A stretch of DNA of 49,900 nt, from contig JAEEVE010000001.1 of NCBI GenBank assembly GCA_016290765.1, forward strand, positions 1 through 49,900. The letters are read 5' to 3'. Numbering within the stretch: the first letter of the stretch is position 1; each line of letters starts with the position of its first letter. This DNA comes from Muribaculaceae bacterium. GTDB taxonomy: Bacteria > Bacteroidota > Bacteroidia > Bacteroidales > Muribaculaceae. Positions 35,955-45,814 of this stretch are shown here, piece by piece. The notes beneath the pieces were generated by a model. The model saw only the letters and a list, made by a program, of their open reading frames with translations. It searched no databases and was not told the origin of the DNA. The translations under genes and the position numbers were made by a program.

Positions 35955-36680
35955 ATGACAAACCTCAGTGTCAATGTAAACAAGATAGCCACCCTGCGCA
36001 ATGCTCGTGGAGGCAATGTGCCCTGTGTCGAAACCGTCGCCGTCGATTGCCAGCGCTTTGGCGCCAACGGCATCACCGTTCATCCCCGTCCCGACGAGCG
36101 CCACATCACCCGTGCCGATGTTTTCAACCTGCGACCACTTGTGACCACCGAGTTTAACATTGAGGGCTATCCCAGTGAGGACTACATGAAACTAGTGCTC
36201 GCCGTCAAGCCCGAGCAGGCCACCCTGGTACCCGATGCACCTGGTGTGCTCACCAGCAATGCTGGATGGGAGGTGCAGCAACACTACGACCAATTGTGCG
36301 ACATTATTGAACGCCTGAAGTCGGCCGGTATCCGCACCAGTATCTTTGTAGGCACCGACCTAGATAACATTCGCTGGGCAGCCAAGACTGGTGCCGATCG
36401 CATCGAGCTCTACACGGGGCCCTATGCCCATGACTTTGCTGCCGACCCTGCCAACCGTGAGGCCGCCATTGCACCCTATGTTGCCGCTGCACAAGAGGCA
36501 CACAACGTTGGGCTGGGCATCAACGCCGGGCATGACCTGAGTCTGGACAATCTGCCCTACTTCAAGCAACGCATCCCCTTCCTCGCTGAGGTGTCCATCG
36601 GGCATCAACTCATCAGCGATGCACTCTACCTGGGCCTCGAGGCGACCATCCAGGCCTACCTGAAGTGTGTAAAAGGATAA
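35955..36680 (+). CDS. pdxJ: Pyridoxine 5'-phosphate synthase
   Basis: [50 protein letters not shown]. Confidence 0.97.
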   Translation: MTNLSVNVNKIATLRNARGGNVPCVETVAVDCQRFGANGITVHPRPDERHITRADVFNLRPLVTTEFNIEGYPSEDYMKLVLAVKPEQATLVPDAPGVLTSNAGWEVQQHYDQLCDIIERLKSAGIRTSIFVGTDLDNIRWAAKTGADRIELYTGPYAHDFAADPANREAAIAPYVAAAQEAHNVGLGINAGHDLSLDNLPYFKQRIPFLAEVSIGHQLISDALYLGLEATIQAYLKCVKG

Positions 36681-36733
36681 GTCCCCCTAGCCCCCTAAAG
36701 GGACAATAGATAATAGATAAGATAATAGATAAT
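36681..36733 (+). repeat. CCCCCTA duplet/hairpin followed by an AATAGAT heptamer array
   Basis: GTCCCCCTAGCCCCCTAAAGGGAC, then AATAGAT AATAGAT AAGAT AATAGAT AAT. Confidence 0.7.
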
Positions 36734-38839
36734 ATGAAAGCTATCATCATGAGCGCGACATTGATTGCCGCTACAGCCGTGGCCACCCAAGCCCGCACCA
36801 TCGACTATCCCGATGCACGACGCGTAGACACGGTCGATACATACTTTGGTACCCAAGTGCCCGACCCCTATCGTTGGCTCGAGGATGACAACAGCGCCGA
36901 GACAGCCGCTTGGGTCAAGGCTCAGAACAAGTTGACCGAGGGATATTTGTCCAAGATTCCCTTCCGCAAGAAGGTAAAGAAACGCATCACAGAACTAGCC
37001 AACTTTGAGAAAGTGGGCGCACCATTCAAGATTAAAGACAAATACTACTTCTTCAAGAATGATGGCCTACAGAACCAGAGTTGCCTCTATGTGCGCGACA
37101 ACCTTGACGGCCAGCCGCGACTGGTGCTAGATCCGAACACCCTTTCCAGCGATGGCACAGTAGCACTGTCGGGCATCAATTTCTCGAAGGACGGTCGCTA
37201 TATGGCCTATGTCATCAGTCGAAATGGCAGCGACTGGAATGAAATCTACGTCAAGGACCTACAAACCAACCAGCTGCTCGAGGACCACATCGTATGGGCA
37301 AAGTTCACCGACGCGCAGTGGCTGGGCGACGGCTTCTTCTATAGTGCCTATGATGCCCCCGAGGATGCCAAGTCGTCCAAGAACGAGTATCACAAAGTAA
37401 TGTACCACAAGCTGGGTACACCACAAAGCGAGGACTACATCGAGCTACAGAACCAGCGAGAGCCGCTGCTCTTCCACCAAGTTACCGTCATGGGCGAGGA
37501 ACGATTCATCTTCGGATGGGTTAGCGAGGGCGATGGCAACGAGTTGTGGGTCAAGGACTTGAAAGACCGCAACCCACACTATGTGCGCCTGGCCAGCAAC
37601 CGTCGCTATACCTATAGCCCCATAGGCGTGGATCATGGAAAAATCTATGTCTACACCAACGACGGAGCGCCTTGCTACAAGATTCGTGCTTATGATATCA
37701 ACCACCTCAACGAGAACAACTACACCGACTTCGTTCCCGAGAAGGAGTGGGTGCTAAGCGGGGCGCAGATGGCCAATCACCAGTTCATCCTCACCTATGA
37801 CCGCGACGCCTCGAGCCATCCTTACGTCTATGATGCACAAGGTCGTGAGGTGCGCGAGATTCAACTTCCCACCTTCGGTTCGGTAGGCTTCAGCTGTGAC
37901 TATGACAAACCCGAGGTGTTCTACAGCTTTACCAGTTACACTTTCCCCACCTCGGTCTACAGCTACGACCTGGCTAGCGGCGAATCCAAGTTATTGTTCC
38001 GACCCAAGGTGGCCCTCACGCCCGAGAACTACGTTACCGAGCAGGTGTTCTATCCCAGCAAGGACGGGACAAAGATTCCGATGTTCCTCATTTACAAAAA
38101 AGGCATGAAGCGCGACGGCAAGCGCCCTGTCTTCCTCTATGGTTACGGCGGCTTCAACGTGAGCCTGGGCCCGGCCTTCAGCTACTATCGTACCCCGTTT
38201 GCCCTGATTGAAGCTGGCGGCATCGGCGCATTCGCCAATCTGCGCGGTGGCGGCGAGTATGGCGAGCAATGGCATGAGGCAGGCACCAAGATGAACAAGC
38301 AGAACGTGTTTGACGACTTCATCGCCGCCGCCGAGTGGCTCATCAAGGAAGGCTACTCCACGCCCAAGAAGATTGCCTGCAACGGAGCCAGCAATGGCGG
38401 CTTGCTCGTGGGTGCTGTGGTCAACCAGCGTCCCGACCTATTTGGTGCTGCTGTGCCACAGGTGGGTGTGATGGACATGCTGCGCTACCATCTGTTTACC
38501 ATCGGTTGGAACTGGGCACCTGACTATGGCCGCAGCGACGACTCGAAAGAGATGTTTGAGTACCTCAAGGGCTACTCGCCGCTGCACACCATTCGCAACG
38601 ACGGTACAAAATACCCGCCCATCCTGGTCACCAGCGGCGACCACGACGACCGTGTGGTGCCTGCCCACTCGTTCAAATATGCCGCCCAATTGCAAGCCAG
38701 CAACACTGGCGATGCTGTGAAGCTGATTCGCGTCGACATCAATGCTGGCCATGGTGGTGGCAAGCCCATCAGCAAGGTTATCGATGAGTACACCGACATC
38801 CATTCGTTCATTCTCTACAACTTGGGAGTGAAGTACTAA
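36734..38839 (+). CDS. Prolyl oligopeptidase (S9A), secreted
   Basis: Signal peptide; DPYRWLED, YGYGGF, NLRGGGEYG, GASNGGLL, DHDDRV, AGHG. Confidence 0.95.
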   Translation: MKAIIMSATLIAATAVATQARTIDYPDARRVDTVDTYFGTQVPDPYRWLEDDNSAETAAWVKAQNKLTEGYLSKIPFRKKVKKRITELANFEKVGAPFKIKDKYYFFKNDGLQNQSCLYVRDNLDGQPRLVLDPNTLSSDGTVALSGINFSKDGRYMAYVISRNGSDWNEIYVKDLQTNQLLEDHIVWAKFTDAQWLGDGFFYSAYDAPEDAKSSKNEYHKVMYHKLGTPQSEDYIELQNQREPLLFHQVTVMGEERFIFGWVSEGDGNELWVKDLKDRNPHYVRLASNRRYTYSPIGVDHGKIYVYTNDGAPCYKIRAYDINHLNENNYTDFVPEKEWVLSGAQMANHQFILTYDRDASSHPYVYDAQGREVREIQLPTFGSVGFSCDYDKPEVFYSFTSYTFPTSVYSYDLASGESKLLFRPKVALTPENYVTEQVFYPSKDGTKIPMFLIYKKGMKRDGKRPVFLYGYGGFNVSLGPAFSYYRTPFALIEAGGIGAFANLRGGGEYGEQWHEAGTKMNKQNVFDDFIAAAEWLIKEGYSTPKKIACNGASNGGLLVGAVVNQRPDLFGAAVPQVGVMDMLRYHLFTIGWNWAPDYGRSDDSKEMFEYLKGYSPLHTIRNDGTKYPPILVTSGDHDDRVVPAHSFKYAAQLQASNTGDAVKLIRVDINAGHGGGKPISKVIDEYTDIHSFILYNLGVKY

Positions 38840-38840
38840 G

Positions 38841-38875
38841 ATAGTTAATAGTTAATAGTTAATAGTTGATAGTTA
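38841..38875 (+). repeat. Heptamer tandem repeat ATAGTTA x5
   Basis: ATAGTTA x3, ATAGTTG, ATAGTTA; fills the whole intergenic gap, and its last A is the A of the next ATG. Confidence 0.92.
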
Positions 38876-39474
38876 TGAGACACCTATTTGCAATCCTATG
38901 TATTGTGGCACTGGGTATGATTGGTGCCACGGCGGCACAGGCCCAACAGGTCTATGCCAACGCTAGCGACGGTTACGTCAACATGCGTGAGGAGCCCAAC
39001 GCCAACGCCTTTATCGTCGACGTGCTCTTCACGGGCGGCAAGCCCGCCCGGCTCCTCGATCGCCAGGGAAACTGGCTCCATATCGACTATGATGGCCAAA
39101 AGGGCTATGTCAACAGCAAGTATGTCACCGTGGGTGCCAAGCCCAAGGCAAAACCACTGCAACGCACGCTCTACTATGTCGTAATATTAAGTTTCAGCAC
39201 ACTTGATGCTGCCAAGGCCCGTGCCGAGGACATGCCCGACGCTTTGCTCAACCCCGTGTATCGCGGTGTTGACAAGGGCAAGACCTACTACCGCATCTGC
39301 ACCGGCTGCTTCCTCGATCGCAAGCAGGCCGAAGCTCACCAGCGAGAGATCAAGGAGAATTTCGGTGCTGATACCTGGATTTGGTCCACCAAGGGTTTTG
39401 CCGAGTGCGTCTATCGTCCCGAAAGCCTCTACGATGGTGCCATCCGCATCGCCCCGCTCACTCCACGCGAGTAG
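38875..39474 (+). CDS. Secreted SH3b + SPOR domain protein
   Basis: Signal peptide; DGYVNMREEP..W..I..GYV (SH3b); YYVVILSFSTLDAA..YRIC-G-F-DR--A (SPOR). Confidence 0.75.
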   Translation: MRHLFAILCIVALGMIGATAAQAQQVYANASDGYVNMREEPNANAFIVDVLFTGGKPARLLDRQGNWLHIDYDGQKGYVNSKYVTVGAKPKAKPLQRTLYYVVILSFSTLDAAKARAEDMPDALLNPVYRGVDKGKTYYRICTGCFLDRKQAEAHQREIKENFGADTWIWSTKGFAECVYRPESLYDGAIRIAPLTPRE

Positions 39475-39506
39475 TTACGATGTGCCGTTCCTCTACAAAA
39501 AGTGGT

Positions 39507-39560
39507 CAAAAAATAACATTTTTTTGGCTACTTCGACAAGATTATATAACTTTGCGCAAT
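39507..39560 (+). promoter_or_regulatory. Promoter block, copy A (direct repeat with 41311-41364)
   Basis: TTTG 39523-39526, 20 nt spacer, TAACTTTG 39547-39554. Confidence 0.8.
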
Positions 39561-39610
39561 AAATTTAACTTTAACAGCGCATTGCGCGCTCTTAAACAAT
39601 ATCTGTTAAT

Positions 39611-41194
39611 ATGAAAAAACTTACATTATTACTGGCACTACTATGCGCTGTCGTCACAGCCAACGCCTACGACTTTCAAGTTGACGGTTTGTGCTATCGC
39701 ATTAACACCTCTAATCACACCAACGTCTATGTGGCTCAAGGAGACGACTATGCCACCACGCTCAATGGAGCATTGGTCATTCCCAGTCAAGTAACTTATA
39801 ATGGAACCACCTATACAGTGAATGCAATCGATAGCAAAGCGTTCACGTCGTGCAATGGCCTGACATCCGTCACCTTGCCCGAGACTGTGGAGTCTATTTT
39901 TTGGTCTGCATTCTCACATTGCGAAAACATGACCAGCATTAACCTGCCTAGTGGTCTGAAAATAATAGATGCTGGGGCATTCCAGTATTGCAAATCACTC
40001 ACTTCGATAACCATCCCTGCTTCGGTTGTGTCCATCAGCGGGAAAGGCCAAACCAATACAGCAAACAGAGGTCCATTCTTCGGTTGCGACAATTTGGAAA
40101 CAATTGTGGTAGAAGAAGGAAATCAAAAATATGATTCGCGTGACAACTGCAACGCCGTCATTGAAACCGCCACTAATACATTGATCTTTGGATGCAAGGG
40201 CTCCACGTTTCCTGCCGGGGTAATCATCGGTAAGGGTTCTTTCAAAGAATGTTCAATGACTTCCCTTGACATTCCTGAGGGGGTGACTACCATCGAACAG
40301 GATGCATTTAATTCTTGCCACAATTTAGAGACTGTCACCCTACATGGTGTGACATTTATCGGACAAGATGCATTTGGTTGGTGCGACCAGTTGAAGACAG
40401 TCACCTTACCAACTTCACTCGATAGCATTAGCCACATTGCTTTCATTGATTGCACCAGCTTAGCCGATGTTTACGCTTATCCTGAAGCTGGCAATGTAGG
40501 ACTGGGCGGAGATGTCTGGGTTGGTGTGCCGCAAGCTGACTGTAACTTGCACGTATATCCTCAAGACTACGACTACTACAGCACTGCTGACCAGTGGAAA
40601 GAGTTCAATGTGATTGCAGACCTTGGGGTGACTCCCGTTTACATCCTGGGAGAGGTGGACAATAATAGCTGGGCACCCAATGTAGGTAAGCAGATGAATT
40701 ATGACTCCGAAACTAGTCTCTACAATGCTGATATCACTTGCGACGGACGCAACAGCGGATTCAACTACTTCAGCTTTACGACCGAGCTTGCCGAGAACAA
40801 CGATGACGGCGGCTGGGCATACATTGCTCCCTTCCGTTTCGGTGCTGTGAGCAATGGAGACTTCGAAGTGACCGACCAATGGTTGGGCAAGGAACTCAGC
40901 CTTACCTACGAGAATGGCCAGGCCTACAAGATTCCTCAAGGAGAATATAAATTGAGCTTGGATCTCGAGAACATGAAGCTCGTCATCACCAAGAATAACG
41001 CATACGCCGTTGGTGACGTGGATGGTGACGGCAAGGTTGACGTGACCGATGTCAACATCGTTGTGAACATTATCCTGGGTAAGGACAATGCAGCCAACTA
41101 TAATGGCCGTGCCGATGTGAATGGCGCAGATGGAGTTGATGTTTCGGATGTCAATGCAATAGTGAACATCATCTTGGGTAAAACCAATCAATAA
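39611..41194 (+). CDS. BspA-type (LRR_5) surface protein with a SusE/F-like beta-sandwich and C-terminal dockerin
   Basis: Signal peptide; repeats C--LTS+T+P--V--I---AF, YDSRDNCNAVIET; GDVDGDGKVDVTDVN and ADVNGADGVDVSDVN. Confidence 0.88.
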   Translation: MKKLTLLLALLCAVVTANAYDFQVDGLCYRINTSNHTNVYVAQGDDYATTLNGALVIPSQVTYNGTTYTVNAIDSKAFTSCNGLTSVTLPETVESIFWSAFSHCENMTSINLPSGLKIIDAGAFQYCKSLTSITIPASVVSISGKGQTNTANRGPFFGCDNLETIVVEEGNQKYDSRDNCNAVIETATNTLIFGCKGSTFPAGVIIGKGSFKECSMTSLDIPEGVTTIEQDAFNSCHNLETVTLHGVTFIGQDAFGWCDQLKTVTLPTSLDSISHIAFIDCTSLADVYAYPEAGNVGLGGDVWVGVPQADCNLHVYPQDYDYYSTADQWKEFNVIADLGVTPVYILGEVDNNSWAPNVGKQMNYDSETSLYNADITCDGRNSGFNYFSFTTELAENNDDGGWAYIAPFRFGAVSNGDFEVTDQWLGKELSLTYENGQAYKIPQGEYKLSLDLENMKLVITKNNAYAVGDVDGDGKVDVTDVNIVVNIILGKDNAANYNGRADVNGADGVDVSDVNAIVNIILGKTNQ

Positions 41195-41254
41195 TCCTTG
41201 TATGGGCGCCAAAAGCCCGTCCTAAATGAAATAGCAAGGCACACAATGCCAATT

Positions 41255-41300
41255 CGTTGCCAAAAACGTAAAATACTATGTTTTTGGCAACGTTTTTTTT
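41255..41300 (+). terminator. Rho-independent terminator
   Basis: CGTTGCCAAAAAC / GTTTTTGGCAACG 13-bp arms followed by T8. Confidence 0.8.
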
Positions 41301-41310
41301 GATAACCGGG

Positions 41311-41364
41311 CAAAAAACAACATTTTTTTGGCAACTTCAACAAGATTCTGTAACTTTGCACAAT
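41311..41364 (+). promoter_or_regulatory. Promoter block, copy B (frr promoter)
   Basis: TTTG 41327-41330, 20 nt spacer, TAACTTTG 41351-41358. Confidence 0.8.
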
Positions 41365-41409
41365 CTATTCAGTCTAACCGACCAATAATAACTACAAAAT
41401 ATCTACACA

Positions 41410-41970
41410 ATGAACGACCTGAATTTCTATCTGGACATGGCCGAGGAAAGCATGAAAGAAGCTGTCGCCTTCCTCGATGACTCGCTGGCTCACATCCGTG
41501 CTGGCAAGGCCAACGTGAAGATTCTCGACCCCATCCGCGTCGACTACTATGGTTCAAAGGTGCCACTTGGCAATGTCGCCAACATCTCGACACCCGACCA
41601 GCGTACCATTGCCATCCAGCCGTGGGAAAAGAACATGTTCCCCGTGATTGAGAAGGCCATCATCAACAGCAACATCGGCATCATGCCCATCAACAACGGC
41701 GAGGTCATCCGCCTCAACATTCCACCACTGACCGAGGAGCGCCGCCGCCAGCTCGTTAAGGACAGCAAGGCCGAGAGCGAGAAGGCTCGTGTGAGCGTGC
41801 GCAACGCCCGCCGCGAGTGCATCGACGGCCTCAAGAAGGCAGTCAAGGACGGCATGAGCGAGGATGTGCAGAAGGACGGCGAGGAAAAACTGCAGAAACT
41901 GCACGACAAGTACATGAAGCAGATTGACGAACTCTTTGCCGCCAAGGAGAAAGAGATTCTTACCGTCTGA
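41410..41970 (+). CDS. frr: Ribosome recycling factor
   Basis: [43 protein letters not shown]. Confidence 0.97.
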   Translation: MNDLNFYLDMAEESMKEAVAFLDDSLAHIRAGKANVKILDPIRVDYYGSKVPLGNVANISTPDQRTIAIQPWEKNMFPVIEKAIINSNIGIMPINNGEVIRLNIPPLTEERRRQLVKDSKAESEKARVSVRNARRECIDGLKKAVKDGMSEDVQKDGEEKLQKLHDKYMKQIDELFAAKEKEILTV

Positions 41971-41978
41971 CGGCACCT

Positions 41979-43532
41979 ATGCTCACACGCACCATTGGCG
42001 CCGCCGTCACAGGCATCGATGCGATCAAGGTTGATATTGAGGTATCGGTCGATTGGGGCTCGGGATTTGTCATCGTCGGCCTGCCCGACACCGCTGTCAA
42101 GGAGAGTGCCGAGCGTGTGCGATGCGCCATCCAGCAGGCTGGCTATGAGTTCCCGCGCAAGAGCGTAGTCATCAACCTCTCGCCAGCCGATATCAAGAAG
42201 GAGGGCTCGGCTTACGACCTGCCTCTAGCTATCGGCATCCTTGCCGCCGACGAAAAACTATCAACCGAGCGTCTGCACCGCTACATGCTCATGGGCGAGC
42301 TATCACTTGATGGCACACTGCGTGCCGTCAAGGGGGCTTTGCCTATGGCCATTATAGCGCGCGAGATGCAGCTTGATGGTTTCATCCTGCCACGCGCCAA
42401 TGCCATGGAGGCCGCTGTAGTCAACAACCTGAAAATCTATGGTGTTGATTACATTCAGCAGGTCATCGCATTTCTCAACGGCGACATCGACCTGGAACCC
42501 ATCGAGGTCGACACACGCGCCGAATTTGCCCGTGCCCAAGGGCAATTCCCATACGACTTTGCAGAAGTACGCGGCCAAGAGAACGTCAAGAGAGCCTTTG
42601 AGGTGGCATGTGCCGGCGGACACAACATTCTGCTTGTGGGCAGTCCAGGCTCGGGCAAATCAATGATGGCAAAGCGCCTTCCCAGCATTCTGCCACCACT
42701 CACACTCACCGAAGCCCTCGAGACCACCAAGATTCACAGTGTGGCGGGCAAGTTGCCCACAGGCACCACCCTGATGACGCAACGCCCTTTCCGCTCTCCC
42801 CACCATACCATTTCTTCGGTCGCCCTAGTGGGTGGCGGGTCTTATCCCACGCCGGGCGAGATTTCGCTAGCACATAATGGTGTCCTTTTCATGGACGAAC
42901 TCCCTGAATTTCCAAGGTCAGTGTTGGAGGTGATGAGGCAGCCGCTGGAGGACCGCGTGATCAGCATCAGTCGCGCCCGCTATGCTACAGAGTACCCAGC
43001 CTCGTTCATGCTCGTGGCGAGTATGAACCCGTGCCCGTGCGGCTACTACGGCCACCCCAAGAAACAATGCATCTGCACCGACTACCAACGTTCGCACTAC
43101 ATGAGCAAAATCAGTGGGCCACTACTTGACCGAATCGACTTGCAAATAGAGGTGCAGCCCGTTGACTTCGACCAGATGTCCAGCAAAGCCCCTGGCGAGC
43201 CCAGCGCCGCCATCCGCGAGCGCGTCATCGCCGCCCGAGCCATCCAGGCCGAGCGCTTCAAGGGTGAGAAAGGCATCTACTGCAACGCCCAGATGACCCC
43301 GTCGCTGCTCCACCAGTACGCCGAGCCCGACGCTGCCGGCCTGGAGAAATTAAAAGACGCCATGGAGCGGATGAACATGAGTGCCCGTGCCTATGACCGC
43401 ATCCTCAAGGTTGCCCGCACCATCGCCGACCTCGAGGCCGCTCCTCGTGTCCAGCAGCACCACATCATGGAAGCCATTGGCTACCGCAACCTCGACCGCA
43501 GCAACTACTTCGCTCCAGGACAGATGCTTTAA
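41979..43532 (+). CDS. comM: ComM/YifB Mg-chelatase-like AAA+ ATPase
   Basis: IVGLPD, NLSPADIKKEGSAYDL, GSPGSGKS, RPFRSPHH, MNPCPCG, SGPLLDRID, SARAYDR. Confidence 0.93.
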   Translation: MLTRTIGAAVTGIDAIKVDIEVSVDWGSGFVIVGLPDTAVKESAERVRCAIQQAGYEFPRKSVVINLSPADIKKEGSAYDLPLAIGILAADEKLSTERLHRYMLMGELSLDGTLRAVKGALPMAIIAREMQLDGFILPRANAMEAAVVNNLKIYGVDYIQQVIAFLNGDIDLEPIEVDTRAEFARAQGQFPYDFAEVRGQENVKRAFEVACAGGHNILLVGSPGSGKSMMAKRLPSILPPLTLTEALETTKIHSVAGKLPTGTTLMTQRPFRSPHHTISSVALVGGGSYPTPGEISLAHNGVLFMDELPEFPRSVLEVMRQPLEDRVISISRARYATEYPASFMLVASMNPCPCGYYGHPKKQCICTDYQRSHYMSKISGPLLDRIDLQIEVQPVDFDQMSSKAPGEPSAAIRERVIAARAIQAERFKGEKGIYCNAQMTPSLLHQYAEPDAAGLEKLKDAMERMNMSARAYDRILKVARTIADLEAAPRVQQHHIMEAIGYRNLDRSNYFAPGQML

Positions 43533-43548
43533 TCTTTGTGCACTATGG

Positions 43549-43596
43549 AACAATAATGCCCACCGAACTGTTAATCTCTCGGCAGGCATTATTGTT
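43549..43596. terminator. Hairpin between convergent genes (bidirectional terminator)
   Basis: AACAATAATGCC / GGCATTATTGTT 12-bp arms with inner CCGA/TCGG pairing. Confidence 0.7.
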
Positions 43597-43621
43597 TCCT
43601 GATTTCCAAGGTCAATTGGAG

Positions 43622-44575
43622 TTATTTCTTGCCTTTGTGGCTTGTCTTCCTGGCAACCAGGTCGATTAGCCAGCCGAGGGCTAGTAGCACTAATCCGTAG
43701 CCTAGCTGAATGCTTGCAAATAGGTATTTGTTGCTCCCTAGCACGGACTGTTCCAATGCGCTGGGCAACACTCCAAAAAGCAAACTCATCAACGATTCAA
43801 TTGCGTAAACGATAAAGCCGAAGACAATCAGCACCCGCCACAATGTGCCCCAGATGCCATAACCGAACACTTGCTTGTAGGTGATGACGTAATAGAGTAT
43901 GAGTATTATCCAACTGACAATAAAGTAAATCGAGAACTCCATCAACATGAGTGGCAGCAAAATGATGAACGACAGCACCAGATTGAGTACACACATAAAC
44001 ACCTGGATAAAGAAGCCTTGAGGTAAGGTGTGATGGGGGTGTCGAGGCGCATGGCGGAATAGAACCCACGTGGGCAAGATGCCCAACACGGCCACCCCAA
44101 AGTAGGTCCAGGCGAAATGTGTCTTATTCCAATTGTCAAAGCCGTCGTAACTGCTCATATGCCCACCGTAAACATCAAATGCGCTACCAAACAATAGTGG
44201 CATCAGAAAATAATCCAGAAGCACAATGATCACCGCCACGAAAAACAGCATCTTGACGGGTGGGAAACTCACCTGGCGCTTGCCGCTGATGTAATCGCCA
44301 ATCAGGTAGCCAGGACGCACCAACAGATGCCAAACCGACCGGGGCAGCGAATGAGATCCCAAACCCCAGATGTCCATGAAGCTTTGCCGGACGCTGTGCC
44401 AGCTAATTTGGCCTTCGCCCGCCTTTTGTGAGCAATAAGGGCAGTAGTTACCAGCGAAGTCATGCCCACAGTTCAGGCAATGCTGCACTTCATCGCTGGC
44501 AAACTCATAGTCGGTGGGCGACAGCTGCCAGCGTTTAAAACGCTCATAATACGCTTTAATTTGTCCTAGGTTCAT
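43622..44575 (-). CDS. DUF3667 zinc-ribbon membrane protein
   Basis: CLNCG..GNYCPYCSQ, L--RPG----Y--GKR, PP; multiple TM segments. Confidence 0.8.
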   Translation of the reverse strand: MNLGQIKAYYERFKRWQLSPTDYEFASDEVQHCLNCGHDFAGNYCPYCSQKAGEGQISWHSVRQSFMDIWGLGSHSLPRSVWHLLVRPGYLIGDYISGKRQVSFPPVKMLFFVAVIIVLLDYFLMPLLFGSAFDVYGGHMSSYDGFDNWNKTHFAWTYFGVAVLGILPTWVLFRHAPRHPHHTLPQGFFIQVFMCVLNLVLSFIILLPLMLMEFSIYFIVSWIILILYYVITYKQVFGYGIWGTLWRVLIVFGFIVYAIESLMSLLFGVLPSALEQSVLGSNKYLFASIQLGYGLVLLALGWLIDLVARKTSHKGKK

Positions 44576-44620
44576 TGAGTGTAAGATGTCTATGGGGTAG
44601 TGGATGGTGCAAAAGTTTTC

Positions 44621-45181
44621 CTATTTCATCATGCAGGTGGTGCAAATGTAGGTGGGGTGGAAGGTGGTATCGAAGCGGTAGGCTTGGGTGTTGTCAAGCA
44701 CGGTGTGCAGGTCGTTGGTGATACCCTGGCCCGTTAGCTTGAGCAGTGCCTCCTTCATGGTCCACAAGCGGATGAACGCTGTGGCAGGGTGAGGTGAGGC
44801 TGCTATCAGTTGCCGTTCTTGCTCGCTCATGGTGTAATTGAGGAGCAGAGGGCGATAGCGGTCGATGCACTCTACATCAACGCCCACGGGGCTGTCTCCG
44901 ACGATACACGCCACGGCATCGCGGCAGTGGCTCAGGTTGAAGTAAATGTCAGGATAGTCGATGAGCGACGGCTTGCCGTGCTCGTTGTACAGCAGCCTTA
45001 ACGCACCAGTAATGCCATACTCCTGCCTGAGCGCCTGCTGCAGCAGCAACCAGGCTGCGAGGCACTGCCGCTGAGATCGCTCGTGCTTATAGCGCAAGGC
45101 ATATTCACGGCGTTCTGGGTCGACGGCAGCCAGCGCCGCATCAACATCGAGGCTATCAATATGGTCGTCAATGTAAACCAT
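44621..45181 (-). CDS. 4'-phosphopantetheinyl transferase (Sfp-type)
   Basis: GKP, FNLSH, VGVDVE, WTMKEALLK. Confidence 0.9.
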   Translation of the reverse strand: MVYIDDHIDSLDVDAALAAVDPERREYALRYKHERSQRQCLAAWLLLQQALRQEYGITGALRLLYNEHGKPSLIDYPDIYFNLSHCRDAVACIVGDSPVGVDVECIDRYRPLLLNYTMSEQERQLIAASPHPATAFIRLWTMKEALLKLTGQGITNDLHTVLDNTQAYRFDTTFHPTYICTTCMMK

Positions 45182-45188
45182 TCTAAAG

Positions 45189-45212
45189 AAAACCCCGCCA
45201 GCGAGGGCGGGG
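45189..45212 (-). terminator. Rho-independent terminator after the NlpC/P60 gene
   Basis: Minus strand CCCCGCC-CTCGCT-GGCGGGG-TTTT. Confidence 0.7.
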
Positions 45213-45237
45213 AAAGCACTATCCGTTATGAAAAATA

Positions 45238-45810
45238 CTACTCTATGACTCGGCAGGCGCCACGATAGCGAGGGCGATAATAGGACTCGCTGGAGTGGCT
45301 CTCGGTGATTCCCGAGTGGACAGCTGCGTGGATAAACTTGAATCCACCTTGACCGTTCTTATCGACCTCGGTGACGATACCCACATGGCCGATGCGGTTG
45401 CCAATAGCGCGACCGGTGAAGAACACGAGGTCGCCAGGCTGCAGGTCTTCGCGCTTCACGCGACGTCCATCATAAATCTGCGCACTGCTGCGTCGGTCCA
45501 GATTGATGCCAAACTGCTTAAAGACATAGCTTGTAAAACCTGAGCAGTCAAATGCTCGAGGTGACATAGCACCATGTCGATAGGGCACACCGCGGAACTT
45601 GAAGGCGTAGTCAAGCAAATCGCTGACAACACTGCGATGATTCTGTCGCAATGATGACTGCTCCATCTGCTCACGCACAGTACCGTGCTTGCGCGAAACA
45701 AGCTCCTGCGCACTGGTCGAGAACGCAAAGCTTGACAATATAATTAATGTAAAAATGATTGTCGATTTAGTCACTGAAACGTGGTTTGTAATGCTGTTCA
45801 AAATTTTCAT
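45238..45810 (-). CDS. NlpC/P60 (C40) peptidoglycan endopeptidase
   Basis: GVPY--G, FDCSGF, PGDLVFF, HVGIV, FIHA; start is ATG 45810 or GTG 45774. Confidence 0.92.
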   Translation of the reverse strand: MKILNSITNHVSVTKSTIIFTLIILSSFAFSTSAQELVSRKHGTVREQMEQSSLRQNHRSVVSDLLDYAFKFRGVPYRHGAMSPRAFDCSGFTSYVFKQFGINLDRRSSAQIYDGRRVKREDLQPGDLVFFTGRAIGNRIGHVGIVTEVDKNGQGGFKFIHAAVHSGITESHSSESYYRPRYRGACRVIE

Positions 45811-45814
45811 GATG

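Noticed and set aside
41979-43532. comM as an integration hotspot
   Set aside because: The ORF is intact with no adjacent integrase or att duplication.
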